Notes: generated from the letters alone by a model not told the origin. A DNA stretch of 64,000 nucleotides from Candidatus Rokuibacteriota bacterium (GCA_003220225.1 QHRU01000040.1:19666-83665); one strand, 5' to 3'; shown: positions 36,942 through 47,574, counted from the stretch's first letter. A program made the numbers and translations.

Positions 36942-38384
36942 ATGTCCACGGTGGCGCCGAGCGCCAGCTATAGCCTGACCGTCCGCCTGGCGATACAGAA
37001 CCGCACCGGCATGCTCGGCCGTGTCGCCATGGCCATCGGCAACGCCGGCGGCGACATCGGCGCGGTGGACCTGGTCGAGTCGGGTCGCGACCGGATCATC
37101 CGCGACATCACCATCAACGCGCGCGACAGCGTGCACGGCATGCAGATCGTCAACCGGCTCAAGCAGCTGGCCGGCGTCCGCGTCGTCAACATCTCCGACC
37201 GCACCTTCCTCATGCACCTCGGCGGCAAGATCGAGGTCCAGAGCAAGGTACCGGTGCGGACGCGCGACGACCTCTCGATGGCCTACACGCCCGGGGTGGC
37301 GCGCGTCAGCCTGGCCATCAAGGAGGACCGGCAGCGCGCGTTCTCGCTCACGATCAAGCAGAACACCGTGGCCGTCGTCACCGACGGCACGGCCGTGCTC
37401 GGGCTGGGCGACATCGGCCCCGAGGCGGCGCTGCCGGTCATGGAAGGCAAGGCGATGCTCTTCAAGGAGTTCGCCAACGTCGACGCCTTCCCGATCTGCC
37501 TGGCCACGAAGGAGCCGGACAAGATCGTCGAGACGGTGAAGTACCTGGCACCGGGCTTCGGCGGCATCAACCTCGAAGACATCGCGGCCCCGCGCTGCTT
37601 CGAGATCGAGGAGCGGCTGCGCAAGGAACTGGACATCCCCGTCTTCCACGACGACCAGCACGGCACCGCCGTCGTCGTGCTGGCGGCGCTGCTCAACGCG
37701 CTGCGCATCGTGAAGAAGGACCTCAAGAAGCTCCGCGTGGTTGTGACGGGCGTCGGCGCCGCCGGCACCGCGACCATCAAGATCCTCCTGTCGAGCGGTG
37801 TGCGCGACATCATCGGCGTGGACGAGCACGGCACGATCTATCGCGGGCGCGCCCAAGGCATGGACTTCATGAAGCGCTGGGTGGCCGGTGCCACCAACCC
37901 GCGCCAGGTCAAGGGGCGGCTCGCCGACGCCCTCGCGCGCGCGGACGTCTTCATCGGATTGTCGGTGCCGGGTATCCTGACCGTCCGCGACCTCAAACGC
38001 ATGGCGCGCGACCCGATCGTGTTCGCCATGGCCAATCCGGTGCCCGAGATCCAGCCGGAGCAGGCCCAGGACCACGTGCGCGTCATGGCTACGGGCCGCT
38101 CGGATTATCCGAACCAGATCAACAACGTGCTCTGCTTCCCCGGCTTCTTCCGGGGCCTCCTCGACTCGCGGGCGCGGACGGTGAACGACGAGATGAAGGT
38201 GGCCGCCGCGCGGGCGATCGCCGCCTGCGTCGGGCGCTCGGAGCTGAGCGAGGAGTACATCATCCCGAGCGTGTTCAACAAGGCCGTCGCTCCCGCGGTC
38301 GCCGCGGGCGTCGCGCGCGCCGCCCACGCCACGGGCGTAGCGCGTCGCCGGCGGCAGGTCGACCTGTCGGTCATTCCATCGTGA
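36942..38384 (+). CDS. Malic enzyme with N-terminal ACT domain
   Basis: 480 aa; ACT-like N-terminus then malic enzyme NAD-binding motifs (VVTGVGAAGTA). Confidence 0.85.
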   Translation: MSTVAPSASYSLTVRLAIQNRTGMLGRVAMAIGNAGGDIGAVDLVESGRDRIIRDITINARDSVHGMQIVNRLKQLAGVRVVNISDRTFLMHLGGKIEVQSKVPVRTRDDLSMAYTPGVARVSLAIKEDRQRAFSLTIKQNTVAVVTDGTAVLGLGDIGPEAALPVMEGKAMLFKEFANVDAFPICLATKEPDKIVETVKYLAPGFGGINLEDIAAPRCFEIEERLRKELDIPVFHDDQHGTAVVVLAALLNALRIVKKDLKKLRVVVTGVGAAGTATIKILLSSGVRDIIGVDEHGTIYRGRAQGMDFMKRWVAGATNPRQVKGRLADALARADVFIGLSVPGILTVRDLKRMARDPIVFAMANPVPEIQPEQAQDHVRVMATGRSDYPNQINNVLCFPGFFRGLLDSRARTVNDEMKVAAARAIAACVGRSELSEEYIIPSVFNKAVAPAVAAGVARAAHATGVARRRRQVDLSVIPS

Positions 38385-38394
38385 CGGAGCCGTT

Positions 38395-39126
38395 GTGACC
38401 GAGCCGCGCTGGTCGGTCGTTATTCCCGCGTTCAACGAGGCGGCGCGCCTCCCGCGCTATCTCGACGAAGTCGTCTCCTACCTCGTGACGCGCGGCGAGC
38501 CGTGGGAGGTGATCGTGGTCGACGACGGCTCCACCGACGGCACCCCCGAGGTCGTGCGGGCCGTGGGCACGCGCTGCCCTCGGGTGAGGCTGCTGCGCCG
38601 GGAGCCCAACGCCGGCAAGGGCGCGGCGGTCCGCGCGGGCATGATGGCCGCGCGCGGCGCCTGGCGGCTCTTCACCGACGCCGACGGCGCCACGCCGATC
38701 GCCGAGCTGAAACGGCTCGAGGCGGCGGTGGCCGCGGGCGCGGACGTGGCGATCGGCTCTCGCGCGATGGCGGCCGCCGGCGTCGTCGTGCGTGCGCGCC
38801 GGCACCGGGTCGTCGCCGGGCGCGTCTTCAGCCGCCTGGCCGAGTCGCTCGGCCTCGCGGGCATCCAGGACTCGCAGTGCGGGTTCAAGGCGTTCAGCGC
38901 GGCCGCGGCGGCGGACCTCTTCCCGCGGCTCGCGACGACCGGGTTCGGCTTCGACGTCGAGTTGCTGCTGCGGGCCAGGGCGCGCGGGTGGCGCGTGGTC
39001 GAGGTGGCCGTGAACTGGGAGGACCAGCCGGCCAGCAAGGTCGGCGTCTTCACGGATGGCCCGCGCATGCTGTGGCAGATGCTCGCGGCGCGGTGGCGCG
39101 TCGCGCGCGAGGAGCGCCGCCGGTGA
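38395..39126 (+). CDS. GT2 glycosyltransferase (polyprenyl-phosphate sugar synthase-like, Ppm/ArnC type)
   Basis: VVIPAFNEA...VVDDGSTDGT...DADG; GTG start. Confidence 0.8.
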   Translation: MTEPRWSVVIPAFNEAARLPRYLDEVVSYLVTRGEPWEVIVVDDGSTDGTPEVVRAVGTRCPRVRLLRREPNAGKGAAVRAGMMAARGAWRLFTDADGATPIAELKRLEAAVAAGADVAIGSRAMAAAGVVVRARRHRVVAGRVFSRLAESLGLAGIQDSQCGFKAFSAAAAADLFPRLATTGFGFDVELLLRARARGWRVVEVAVNWEDQPASKVGVFTDGPRMLWQMLAARWRVAREERRR

Positions 39127-40283
39127 GGGGTGGTTTCGCGCGCCGGGTCCGCGAGATCGAGCCGTTCCTCGCGGTGGAGGTGGCCGAGCGCGCCGGCACG
39201 CTCGAGCGCTCGGGCGTCGACGTCGTGCATCTCGAGTACGGCGAGCCGGACTTCGAGGCGCCGCCGGTGGTGCGCGACGCGCTGGAGAAGGCGCTCAAGG
39301 ACGGCCGCGCCCGCTACACGCACAGCCTCGGCCTCCTCGAGCTGCGCGAGGCGATCGCCGAGCACTACGAGCGCGCCTACGGCGTGAGCGTCTCGCCCGA
39401 CCAGGTGCTCGTCACCCCGGGAACCTCGCCGGCCATGCTCCTGCTCTTCGGTCATCTGCTCGATCCCGGCGACGAGGTCGTGCTGTCGAATCCCTACTAT
39501 GCCTGCTATCCGAACTTCATTCGCTACGCTGACGGCGTGCCGGTGGAGGTCGACGTGAGCGAGGCGGACCGGTTCCAGTACCGCCCCGAGGCGATCCGCG
39601 AACGCCTGAGCGCGCGCACGAGAGCCATCGTCGTGAACTCGCCCGCGAACCCGACGGGCAGCGTGCTCGCGCCCGATCGCATGGCCGCCCTCGCCGCCCT
39701 CGCGCGCGAGCGCGGCGTGGCCGTCGTCTCGGACGAGATCTACCACGGTCTCACCGAGGGCGGCCGCGACCGCTCGATTCTCGAGTTCACGGACCAGGCG
39801 TTCGTGCTCAACGGGTTCTCGAAGGCCTTCGCGATGACGGGCTGGCGGCTGGGCTGGGTGATCGCCCCGCCCGAGCACGTCCGCTCGCTCCAGACGCTCT
39901 ACGGCAACTTCTTCATCTCGACCAACGAGTTCGTGCAGTGGGCGGGCGTGGCCGCGCTCCGCGAGGCCGTCGACGAGACCGCGCGCTTCCGCCGCATCTT
40001 CGCCGAGCGGCGGCGCGCGATGGTGGACGGCCTGCGCGCGATCGGCCTCGGCGTCGGCTTCGAACCTGAGGGCGCCTTCTACGTGCTCGCCAACGCGCGG
40101 CGCTTCACGCGCGACTCCGTGTCCTTCGCCTACGAGATCCTCGAGCGCGCCCACGTCGCGGTGACGCCGGGCGCCGCCTTCGGCAGCAACGCGGAGGGCT
40201 ACCTGCGCTTCTCCTATGCCTCGTCGGTCGAGCGCATCCGCGAAGGGCTGCGGCGCCTCGGCGACTTCCTCGCCGCCCGGTGA
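39123..40283 (+). CDS. PLP-dependent aminotransferase class I
   Basis: NSPANPTG and SKAFAMTGWRLG (PLP-Lys) motifs; GTGA overlap with upstream gene. Confidence 0.8.
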   Translation: MRGGFARRVREIEPFLAVEVAERAGTLERSGVDVVHLEYGEPDFEAPPVVRDALEKALKDGRARYTHSLGLLELREAIAEHYERAYGVSVSPDQVLVTPGTSPAMLLLFGHLLDPGDEVVLSNPYYACYPNFIRYADGVPVEVDVSEADRFQYRPEAIRERLSARTRAIVVNSPANPTGSVLAPDRMAALAALARERGVAVVSDEIYHGLTEGGRDRSILEFTDQAFVLNGFSKAFAMTGWRLGWVIAPPEHVRSLQTLYGNFFISTNEFVQWAGVAALREAVDETARFRRIFAERRRAMVDGLRAIGLGVGFEPEGAFYVLANARRFTRDSVSFAYEILERAHVAVTPGAAFGSNAEGYLRFSYASSVERIREGLRRLGDFLAAR

Positions 40284-40699
40284 GCCCCGACTGCCGGGCC
40301 TGCCGCGGCGAGTGGCCGCCGGCCGAGACGTTCATCGCGGACTGCGGCCCGGCCAACGCCTATCTCTACGCCGACCAGTTTTTCCCCGGCTGGACGGTGC
40401 TCGTGCTCAAGCGCCATGCGGCGGAGCCGTGGGAGCTCGAGCGGGACGAGCGCAACGCGCTGATGGACGGCGTGACGCAGGTGGCGCGCGCGCTCGCCAC
40501 CGTCTACGAGGCGAAGAAGATGAACTACGAGCTGCTCGGCAATCAGCTCGCGCACATCCACTGGCACCTGGTTCCGCGGCGCGCCGACGATCCCGTCCCG
40601 CGCCTGCCTGTCTGGACCCACACGCACGAGCCGCTCGCGCTCTCGCCCGCCGAGCAGCGCGCCCGCATCGACGCCATCCGCGCCCGCCTGAAGAAATGA
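40280..40699 (+). CDS. HIT-family nucleotide hydrolase/transferase
   Basis: Histidine triad HIHWHLVPR. Confidence 0.75.
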   Translation: MSPDCRACRGEWPPAETFIADCGPANAYLYADQFFPGWTVLVLKRHAAEPWELERDERNALMDGVTQVARALATVYEAKKMNYELLGNQLAHIHWHLVPRRADDPVPRLPVWTHTHEPLALSPAEQRARIDAIRARLKK

Positions 40700-42855
40700 C
40701 GCCGTGGAGCGCGCCCGCGGCGGGCACCGGCCGCGAATGGGCGCTCGTGGGCGCCGCCTGGCTCGCGATCGCCCTCTGCGTCGCCGTCTGGCTGGCCATC
40801 GACAACCGCCCGCCGGAGTGGGACCACGCCAACCACCTCCAGCGCGTCGTCGCCTGCGCGCGCGACCTCGCCACCGGCGACTGGCGCATGATCCTCGAGC
40901 GCTCGTCGTTCTACCCGCCCATCGTGCCGTGCGCCGCGGCCGTCGCGTACCGGCTGATGCCGACCGACGTCGCCGCCGCGCAGGTCGTCATGCTGCTCTT
41001 CCTCGGCGCCGGCATGGCCGCCACCTACGCCCTCGCCCGCGCGCTGGCTGACGGCACCGCGGGCGTGGCCGCCGCCTGGATCTTCGGCTCGGCCCCGTTC
41101 GTCGTCTTCAGCGCGCTGCGCTTTCAGCTCGACCTGCCGCTGGCGACGCTGGTGGCCGTCGCCCTTCTCGTGCTGATCCGCACCGAGGGCTTCACCCGCG
41201 TCGGCTGGTCGCTGGTGGCGGGCGGCGTGTTCGCCGTCGGCATGCTCATCAAGCCGCCGTTCGCCGCATATCTGTTGCCGCCGGTCGTCTGGCTGCTCGT
41301 CGAGGAGCGCAGTCGGCCCGCGCTCGGCAACGCGGCGTTCGCCGCGCTCGTGGCCGGCGCCGTCAGCCTGCCGTGGTACGGCCCGCGCCTCGTCGGGATG
41401 CCGCGGCAGATCGCGTTCCGCGCCGTGACCCACGCGGCCGAGGAGGGCAAGCCGCCCACCCTCTCAGCCGTCGCGCTCGCGTTCTATCCGACCTCGCTGC
41501 CGGTGCAGCTCGGCGTCCTCGCGACGGTGCTGCTCGTGGCGGGGATCGTCGTCGCGTTGATGCGACGCCAGGGGCTCGTGGTCGTCGCGTTCCTGGCGCC
41601 GCTCGCGCTCTTCATGCTCCTGCGCAACAAGGACCTCCGCTACACGCTGCCGCTCGTGCCCGCGGCCGCCGCCCTCGCGGGACTGGCGGTCGCCGCGCTC
41701 GGCCCGCGACTGCGCGGCGTCGCGCTGGCCGTGCTGGCGGTCGTCGGCGGCCTGCAGGTTTCCGCCGTCGCGTGGGCGGTGCCGCCGCCCGTGACGCTGC
41801 CGGGACTCGGCACGCCGTGGGTGCTCGCCAGCCCGCCCGCGGGGGGCGACTGGCGCCAGCGCGATTTCCTCCGCATCATCGTGCAGGATCGCGCGGGGCG
41901 GCCGGCGATGGTGAGCGTCGTGCCGAACGACAACTACTTCTCGGTCAGCAACTTCCGCTATTACGCGGTCCGTGACGAGCTGCCGCTGCGGTTCACGCGT
42001 CCGTGGGAGGGCGAGCCCCTCGGCATCGACTACATGATCCTCAAGAGCGGCGACCAGGGCCCCGACTTCAGCGAGGCCAAGAGCCGGCGCGTGATCGAGC
42101 GGCTGGCGCGCGATCCCGCGCTCGCGCGCGCGTATCCGGTGATCGCGGAGTTCCCGCTGCCCGATGGCTCCACGGGTATGTTGCGCGCGCGCCGGATCAC
42201 CGATCCCGCCGCGGCGCCGCCCGAGGCGCTCGCGCGGCGCCTCGAGGCGGCCATGCGTCGGCGGGTCGGCGAGGTCGCGCGCGACGTGGACGGGCTCGAG
42301 ATCCGGCTCGCGTACGACGCCGAGATCGCGCGCGGTCGCATCCAGCGCCTGGAGGTGACGGCGCGCGCGGCCACGGCCGGGGAGCTGCGCAAGCGTGACG
42401 CGGCGACCCTCCGCCTCCAGCACCTCCGCTTCGTCGCCGCCGACGTCCTCATCAACCCGTATGCGCTCGAGGCCGGACGCGCAGAATTGCTGGACGTGGG
42501 ACGCTTCCGGCTCGAGCAGATGGAGATCACGGCAGCCGATCTGCAGGCCTTCGTGGCCGGGCTCAAGGGTTTCCGCGGCACGCGCGTCCAGCTCGTGCCG
42601 GGCGCGATCGACCTCGTGGTGGAGCAGCCCGGGCCCGACCTCGCCGCCCGCGTGCGCTTGGTGCCGGCCGCCGACCGGCCGTTCGCGATCGCCGTCGACC
42701 GGGCGAGGCTCGGCTGGGTGCCGCTGCCCCGGCTGCTCGTCGACTGGGTGGTACGCAACTACGATCCGACGCCGCAGATCGCGGACCGCCTGCCCTTCCG
42801 GGTGGAGGTCGCGCGGGTCAGCGTGAGCGAGCAGGCGATCCGGGTGGGGGAGTGA
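40696..42855 (+). CDS. GT39/ArnT-PMT-like membrane glycosyltransferase with about 250-aa C-terminal soluble extension
   Basis: Multiple TM helices, N-terminal loop DNRPPEWDHANH typical of GT-C (ArnT/PMT_2) enzymes; ATGA overlap with HIT gene. Confidence 0.65.
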   Translation: MTPWSAPAAGTGREWALVGAAWLAIALCVAVWLAIDNRPPEWDHANHLQRVVACARDLATGDWRMILERSSFYPPIVPCAAAVAYRLMPTDVAAAQVVMLLFLGAGMAATYALARALADGTAGVAAAWIFGSAPFVVFSALRFQLDLPLATLVAVALLVLIRTEGFTRVGWSLVAGGVFAVGMLIKPPFAAYLLPPVVWLLVEERSRPALGNAAFAALVAGAVSLPWYGPRLVGMPRQIAFRAVTHAAEEGKPPTLSAVALAFYPTSLPVQLGVLATVLLVAGIVVALMRRQGLVVVAFLAPLALFMLLRNKDLRYTLPLVPAAAALAGLAVAALGPRLRGVALAVLAVVGGLQVSAVAWAVPPPVTLPGLGTPWVLASPPAGGDWRQRDFLRIIVQDRAGRPAMVSVVPNDNYFSVSNFRYYAVRDELPLRFTRPWEGEPLGIDYMILKSGDQGPDFSEAKSRRVIERLARDPALARAYPVIAEFPLPDGSTGMLRARRITDPAAAPPEALARRLEAAMRRRVGEVARDVDGLEIRLAYDAEIARGRIQRLEVTARAATAGELRKRDAATLRLQHLRFVAADVLINPYALEAGRAELLDVGRFRLEQMEITAADLQAFVAGLKGFRGTRVQLVPGAIDLVVEQPGPDLAARVRLVPAADRPFAIAVDRARLGWVPLPRLLVDWVVRNYDPTPQIADRLPFRVEVARVSVSEQAIRVGE

Positions 42856-42857
42856 GG

Positions 42858-43529
42858 ATGGCGGCGGAGAGTCGTGCGGCGAAGCAGGCGCGGGCCAAGA
42901 AGATCCTGGATCTCCTCGCGCGCGCGTATCCCGACGCGAAGATCGCCCTCGACTTCCGGACGCCGTTCGAGCTGCTCGTCGCCACCATCCTCTCCGCGCA
43001 GTGCACGGACGAGCGCGTGAACATGGTGACGCCCGCGCTCTTCCGCAAGTACCCGACGGCGCGCGAGCTGGCGCGGGCGCGCACCCCGAGCCTCGAGAAG
43101 GAGATCCGCTCCACCGGATTCTTCCGCGCCAAGGCGCGCTCGCTGCTTGGCATGTCGAAGGCGCTCGTCGAGCATCACGGCGGCGAGGTGCCCGAGGCCC
43201 TCGAGGCGCTCGTCGAGCTGCCGGGCGTCGGGCTCAAGACCGCCAACGTCGTCATCGGCAACGCCTTTGGAGGCCAGGCCCTCGCCGTGGACACGCACGT
43301 CTTCCGCGTCTCGCAGCGGCTCGGCCTGGCGCGCTCGGACGATCCCAACGAGATCCACGACCAGCTGGTCGCGCTGCTGCCGCGCGAGTCGCTCACGCAG
43401 GCCACGCATCTGATGATCACGCACGGCCGCCGCACGTGCGTGGCCAGGAAGCCGGCCTGCCCCGTCTGCCCGGTGCGCGCGCTGTGTCCGTGGCCGGACA
43501 AGACCGGCGCCCCTGCCCGCCGCGCGTGA
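42858..43529 (+). CDS. nth: Endonuclease III
   Basis: HhH-GPD (LPGVGLKTANVV) and C-terminal 4Cys cluster CVARKPACPVCPVRALC. Confidence 0.85.
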   Translation: MAAESRAAKQARAKKILDLLARAYPDAKIALDFRTPFELLVATILSAQCTDERVNMVTPALFRKYPTARELARARTPSLEKEIRSTGFFRAKARSLLGMSKALVEHHGGEVPEALEALVELPGVGLKTANVVIGNAFGGQALAVDTHVFRVSQRLGLARSDDPNEIHDQLVALLPRESLTQATHLMITHGRRTCVARKPACPVCPVRALCPWPDKTGAPARRA

Positions 43530-43539
43530 GCCGCCCGCC

Positions 43540-44307
43540 GTGAGCACCCACGACGAGCTGCTCGCGCTCCAGCGCGCGCTCTACGAGTCCCGCAACCCGA
43601 CGCGCCGCTGGCTGCACTGCACGCGGCGCGACTGGATCGCCGAGCGACTGACGCGCCTGGCCGCCGGCCGGCGCGGCGCCGCCCTGGAGGTCGGTCCCGG
43701 CTCCGGCGTGTACGTGCCACTCCTCGCGCGCCTGTTCGACCGCGTCACCGTCAGCGACGTGCACGACGCGTATCTGGCCGCGGCGCGCGTCATCGCCGCC
43801 GACCACCCGAACGTCGCCGTCGTGCAGGACGACATCCGCCGGCCGGCGCTGCCCGCCGCCTCGTTCGACGTCGTGCTCTGCACGGAGGTGATCGAGCACG
43901 TCGTCGAGTCGCGCGCGGCGCTGGCGGGGATGCGCCGGCTGCTGAGGCCGGGCGGCGTGCTCGTGCTCTCGACGCCCCAGCGCGGGAGCCCGCTCGAGGT
44001 CTGCTCGAAGATCGCGTTCCTTCCCGGCGTGATCGACGTCGTCCGTCTGGTCTACCGCGAGCCGATCCTGCCGACGGGGCACGTGAACGTGATGACGGCG
44101 GGCGAGATGCGCCGCCAGCTCGACGCGGCCGGCTTTGCGATCCGCGAGTCGCACAAGTCGGGACTCTACGTCCCGGTGCTCGCCGAGGCCGGCGGCGAGC
44201 CCGGCCGGCGGCTCGCGGCGTGGCTGGAGGCCCGCATCTACCCGGGACCGCTCGATTGGCTGCTGTGGACCCAGTACCACGTGGCCGTCGCGCGGACTCG
44301 GGATTGA
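43540..44307 (+). CDS. Class I SAM-dependent methyltransferase
   Basis: LEVGPGSG motif I; 255 aa. Confidence 0.7.
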   Translation: MSTHDELLALQRALYESRNPTRRWLHCTRRDWIAERLTRLAAGRRGAALEVGPGSGVYVPLLARLFDRVTVSDVHDAYLAAARVIAADHPNVAVVQDDIRRPALPAASFDVVLCTEVIEHVVESRAALAGMRRLLRPGGVLVLSTPQRGSPLEVCSKIAFLPGVIDVVRLVYREPILPTGHVNVMTAGEMRRQLDAAGFAIRESHKSGLYVPVLAEAGGEPGRRLAAWLEARIYPGPLDWLLWTQYHVAVARTRD

Positions 44308-44333
44308 CAGAGGCCCCCGGGGTCCGTTATCAT
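44304..44333 (+). promoter_or_regulatory. Canonical sigma70 promoter TTGACA-N18-TATCAT upstream of rplM-rpsI
   Basis: TTGACA 44304-44309, TATCAT 44328-44333, about 70 nt upstream of rplM ATG. Confidence 0.55.
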
Positions 44334-44401
44334 CCGACGTTGCGATTTCTGCCGGTAGAACGCCTATTTAGCGCCGGGGATTGAACGCCGAAAGGGCCGT
44401 G

Positions 44402-44857
44402 ATGAGCGAGATCGAGCGCAAGTGGTATGTCGTCGATGCCCAGGGACAGGTGCTGGGGCGCCTGGCCACCCAGGTGGCGACGATCCTCCGGGGCAAGCAC
44501 AAGACGACCTTTGCCCCGCACCTCGACGTCGGTGATCATGTCGTGGTGCTGAACGCCTCCAAGGTGCACCTCACCGGCCGCAAGCTGAAGGACAAGCGGT
44601 ATCGCTGGCACACCGGCTACATCGGCGGCCTCAAGGACGTCTCGGCCGAACAGATGCTCGACAAGCACCCCGAGCGGGTGATCGAGTGGGCCGTGCAGGG
44701 CATGCTCCCCAAAAACCGGCTCGGCCGCGCGATGGCCAAGAAGCTGAAGGTCTATCGCGGCGCCGAGCATCCGCACAGCGCTCAGCAGCCGACCGCGCTC
44801 GCGGTGAACACGTCGCGTCCATCCAAGTCGGTGGTCACGTCTGCGGAGGATCGGTAA
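44402..44857 (+). CDS. rplM: 50S ribosomal protein L13
   Basis: [17 protein letters not shown]... L13 signature; start chosen at ATG 44402. Confidence 0.85.
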   Translation: MSEIERKWYVVDAQGQVLGRLATQVATILRGKHKTTFAPHLDVGDHVVVLNASKVHLTGRKLKDKRYRWHTGYIGGLKDVSAEQMLDKHPERVIEWAVQGMLPKNRLGRAMAKKLKVYRGAEHPHSAQQPTALAVNTSRPSKSVVTSAEDR

Positions 44858-45256
44858 ATGGCGGCGGTGCTCGACAGGTTCTACGGCACGGGGCGACGCA
44901 AGACGTCCGTGGCCCGCGTGTGGATCAAGCCCGGCTCCGGGCACATCGTCGTCAACCGGCGCGCGTTCGAGGACTACTTCCCGCGCGAGACGTTGCGGAT
45001 GATCATCGCCCAGCCGCTGGCGATCACGAACACCGTCGGCCAGTTCGACGTGCTCGCCACCGTCAAGGGCGGCGGGCCCACCGGCCAGGCCGGCGCCGTC
45101 CGCCACGGGCTGGCGCGCGCGATCGCGCGCTTCGACGACAAGCTGCGGCAGCCGCTGAAGAAGGCGGGGCTGCTGACCCGCGACCCGCGCGCGCGCGAGC
45201 GGAAGAAGTACGGCCAGCCCGGCGCCCGCCAGAAGTTCCAGTACAGCAAGCGGTAG
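44858..45256 (+). CDS. rpsI: 30S ribosomal protein S9
   Basis: [12 protein letters not shown] and C-terminal [18 protein letters not shown]. Confidence 0.9.
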   Translation: MAAVLDRFYGTGRRKTSVARVWIKPGSGHIVVNRRAFEDYFPRETLRMIIAQPLAITNTVGQFDVLATVKGGGPTGQAGAVRHGLARAIARFDDKLRQPLKKAGLLTRDPRARERKKYGQPGARQKFQYSKR

Positions 45257-45257
45257 C

Positions 45258-46322
45258 GTGGGCGGCACAATCGCGATCCGCGTCGCCGTCGCCGGCGCCA
45301 GCGGCTACATGGGAGCCGAGCTGCTGCGGCTCCTGCTCGTGCACCCGCGCGTGACGCTCACGGGCGTCACCTCCGAGCGCCTCGCCGGCGAGCCGCTCGG
45401 CAGCGTCTATCCGCACCTGCGCGGCCTGACCGACCTGGTCTTCCACGATCTCGACGCCGAGTGGCTGGCCGGCGCGTGCGACGTCGCGTTCCTCGCGCTG
45501 CCGCACATGGAGTCGCAGAAGATGGTGCCCGTGCTGCGCAAGCGCGGCCGCAAGGTGATCGATCTCTCGGCCGACTACCGCCTGCACGACGCGGCGGACT
45601 ACACGACCTGGTACAAGACAGCGCACGTCGACCCGGCCGGGCTCGCCGAGGCCGTCTACGGGCTGCCGGAGCTGCACCGCAAGGCGATCGCGGCGGCCTC
45701 GCTCGTGGCCTCGCCGGGCTGCTATGCGGCGGGCGCCATCCTCGCGACGGCGCCGCTGCTCAAGAACGGCCTCGGGCGGCTCGAGGGCATCGTGATCGAC
45801 GGCAAGTCGGGCGTGAGCGGCGCCGGGGCGCAGGGCCGCAAGGTGGATCCGATGTATCTCTTCACCGAGGCCAACGAGAACGTGCAGGCCTACGCGATCG
45901 GCGCTCACCGCCACACCGCGGAGATGGAGCAGGAGCTGTCCGCGCTCGCGGGCGAACGCGTGCGGGTGTCGTTCACGCCCCACCTGTTGCCGCTCACCCG
46001 CGGCCTGTTCACGACCGCGTCGGTGCCGCTGGCCACGCCGCTCGGCACCGCCGAGCTCCTGAACGTCTACCGCGAGTTCTACGCCGGCGAGTCGTTCGTC
46101 CGGGTCCTGGGCGAGGGCGAGCGGCCGACGACGCGCGCCGTGGTGGGCTCCAACTACTGCGACCTCACGGTCGTGGCCGACCCCCGCACCGGCCGCGCCG
46201 TGTGCGTGTCGGCGCTCGACAACCTCGGGAAGGGCGGCTCGGCCAACGGCGTGCAAAACCTCAACGTCCTCTTCGGCTGGCACGAGCGGGCGGGCCTCGA
46301 GGCCCCGCCGGTGTACCCCTGA
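45258..46322 (+). CDS. argC: N-acetyl-gamma-glutamyl-phosphate reductase
   Basis: GASGYMG Rossmann, active-site SPGCYA; GTG start. Confidence 0.85.
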   Translation: MGGTIAIRVAVAGASGYMGAELLRLLLVHPRVTLTGVTSERLAGEPLGSVYPHLRGLTDLVFHDLDAEWLAGACDVAFLALPHMESQKMVPVLRKRGRKVIDLSADYRLHDAADYTTWYKTAHVDPAGLAEAVYGLPELHRKAIAAASLVASPGCYAAGAILATAPLLKNGLGRLEGIVIDGKSGVSGAGAQGRKVDPMYLFTEANENVQAYAIGAHRHTAEMEQELSALAGERVRVSFTPHLLPLTRGLFTTASVPLATPLGTAELLNVYREFYAGESFVRVLGEGERPTTRAVVGSNYCDLTVVADPRTGRAVCVSALDNLGKGGSANGVQNLNVLFGWHERAGLEAPPVYP

Positions 46323-46341
46323 GCCACGTCACGGGCCGTCG

Positions 46342-47574
46342 ATGACCGGCGACATGGAGTGGCTCGACGGCGGCGTCACGGCCGTCCCCGGCATCCTCGC
46401 CGGCGGCGTCGCGGCCGGCATCAAGCCCAGCGGGAAGAAGGACCTGGCCCTCATCCACTCGCCGTCGCCCGCGCGCTCGGCGGCCGTGTTCACGACCAAC
46501 CAGGTGAAGGGCGCGCCGGTGCTGGTGTCCATGGAGCACGCGCGCGGCGGCGCGCTGCAGACGATCATCGTCAACAGCGGCTGCTCGAACGTCTGCAACG
46601 GCGAGCGCGGGCTGAAGGACGCGCGTGAGATGGTCAAGCAAGTCGCCGACCTCCTGCGGATCCCCGCCTCCCATGTGCTCGTCGGCTCCACCGGCGTCAT
46701 CGGCCACCCGCTGCCGATGGACAAGATCCGCGCGGGCATCCCGACGCTCGTGAAGGCGCTGTCGCCGCAGGGCGGCCGCGCGGCCGCCGAGGCCATTCTC
46801 ACCACCGACGCGCGCACGAAGGAAGCGGCGCTGCGCTGCGAGATCGGCGGCCGGACGGTGACCTTCGGCGGCATCGCCAAGGGCGTGGGCATGATCGAGC
46901 CGCACCTGGCCACGATGTTCTGCTTCGTGACGACCGACGCCGCCGTCGCGCGCGGCGCGCTCGATCCCGTCCTCAAGCGCGCGGTGGACCGCTCGTTCAA
47001 CCGCATCACGGTGGACAGCGACACGTCCACGAGCGACACGGTGGCGGTGATCGCCAACGGCCTGGCCGAGAACCCACCGGTCGACCGCGGCGGCCGCGGC
47101 ATCCGCGAGATCGCCGCCGCGCTGGAGGCGCTGACGGGGCGGCTGGCCCGCATGCTCGTGCAGGACGGCGAGGGCGCCACCAAGCTCGTCTCGATCACCG
47201 TGCGCGGCGCCGCCAGCCGGCGCGACGCGCTGGTGGCCGCCCGGAGCGTCGCCAACTCGCCGCTCGTGAAGACGGCCATCAACGGCCAGGACCCCAACTG
47301 GGGCCGGATCATGATGGCCCTGGGCAAGTCGGCGGCGCGGGTGGAGCAGGACAAGGTGGCCATCACCTTCGGAGGTGACGAACGGCAGAGCGAGCGGCTG
47401 GTCGAGCGGGGGATGCTCCGCGAAGGCGTGCTTCTGTCGCGGGTTCGGGAGATCATGGGAGGACAGGCCTACGACATCACCATCGACCTCGGGATCGGGC
47501 GGGGCGAGGAGCGGGTCTGGACCTGCGACCTGAGCGAGGAGTACGTGCGGATCAACGGGAAGTACACGACGTAG
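46342..47574 (+). CDS. argJ: Bifunctional glutamate N-acetyltransferase/amino-acid acetyltransferase
   Basis: ATMxxFxxTDA autoprocessing region (ATMFCFVTTDA), 410 aa. Confidence 0.85.
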   Translation: MTGDMEWLDGGVTAVPGILAGGVAAGIKPSGKKDLALIHSPSPARSAAVFTTNQVKGAPVLVSMEHARGGALQTIIVNSGCSNVCNGERGLKDAREMVKQVADLLRIPASHVLVGSTGVIGHPLPMDKIRAGIPTLVKALSPQGGRAAAEAILTTDARTKEAALRCEIGGRTVTFGGIAKGVGMIEPHLATMFCFVTTDAAVARGALDPVLKRAVDRSFNRITVDSDTSTSDTVAVIANGLAENPPVDRGGRGIREIAAALEALTGRLARMLVQDGEGATKLVSITVRGAASRRDALVAARSVANSPLVKTAINGQDPNWGRIMMALGKSAARVEQDKVAITFGGDERQSERLVERGMLREGVLLSRVREIMGGQAYDITIDLGIGRGEERVWTCDLSEEYVRINGKYTT

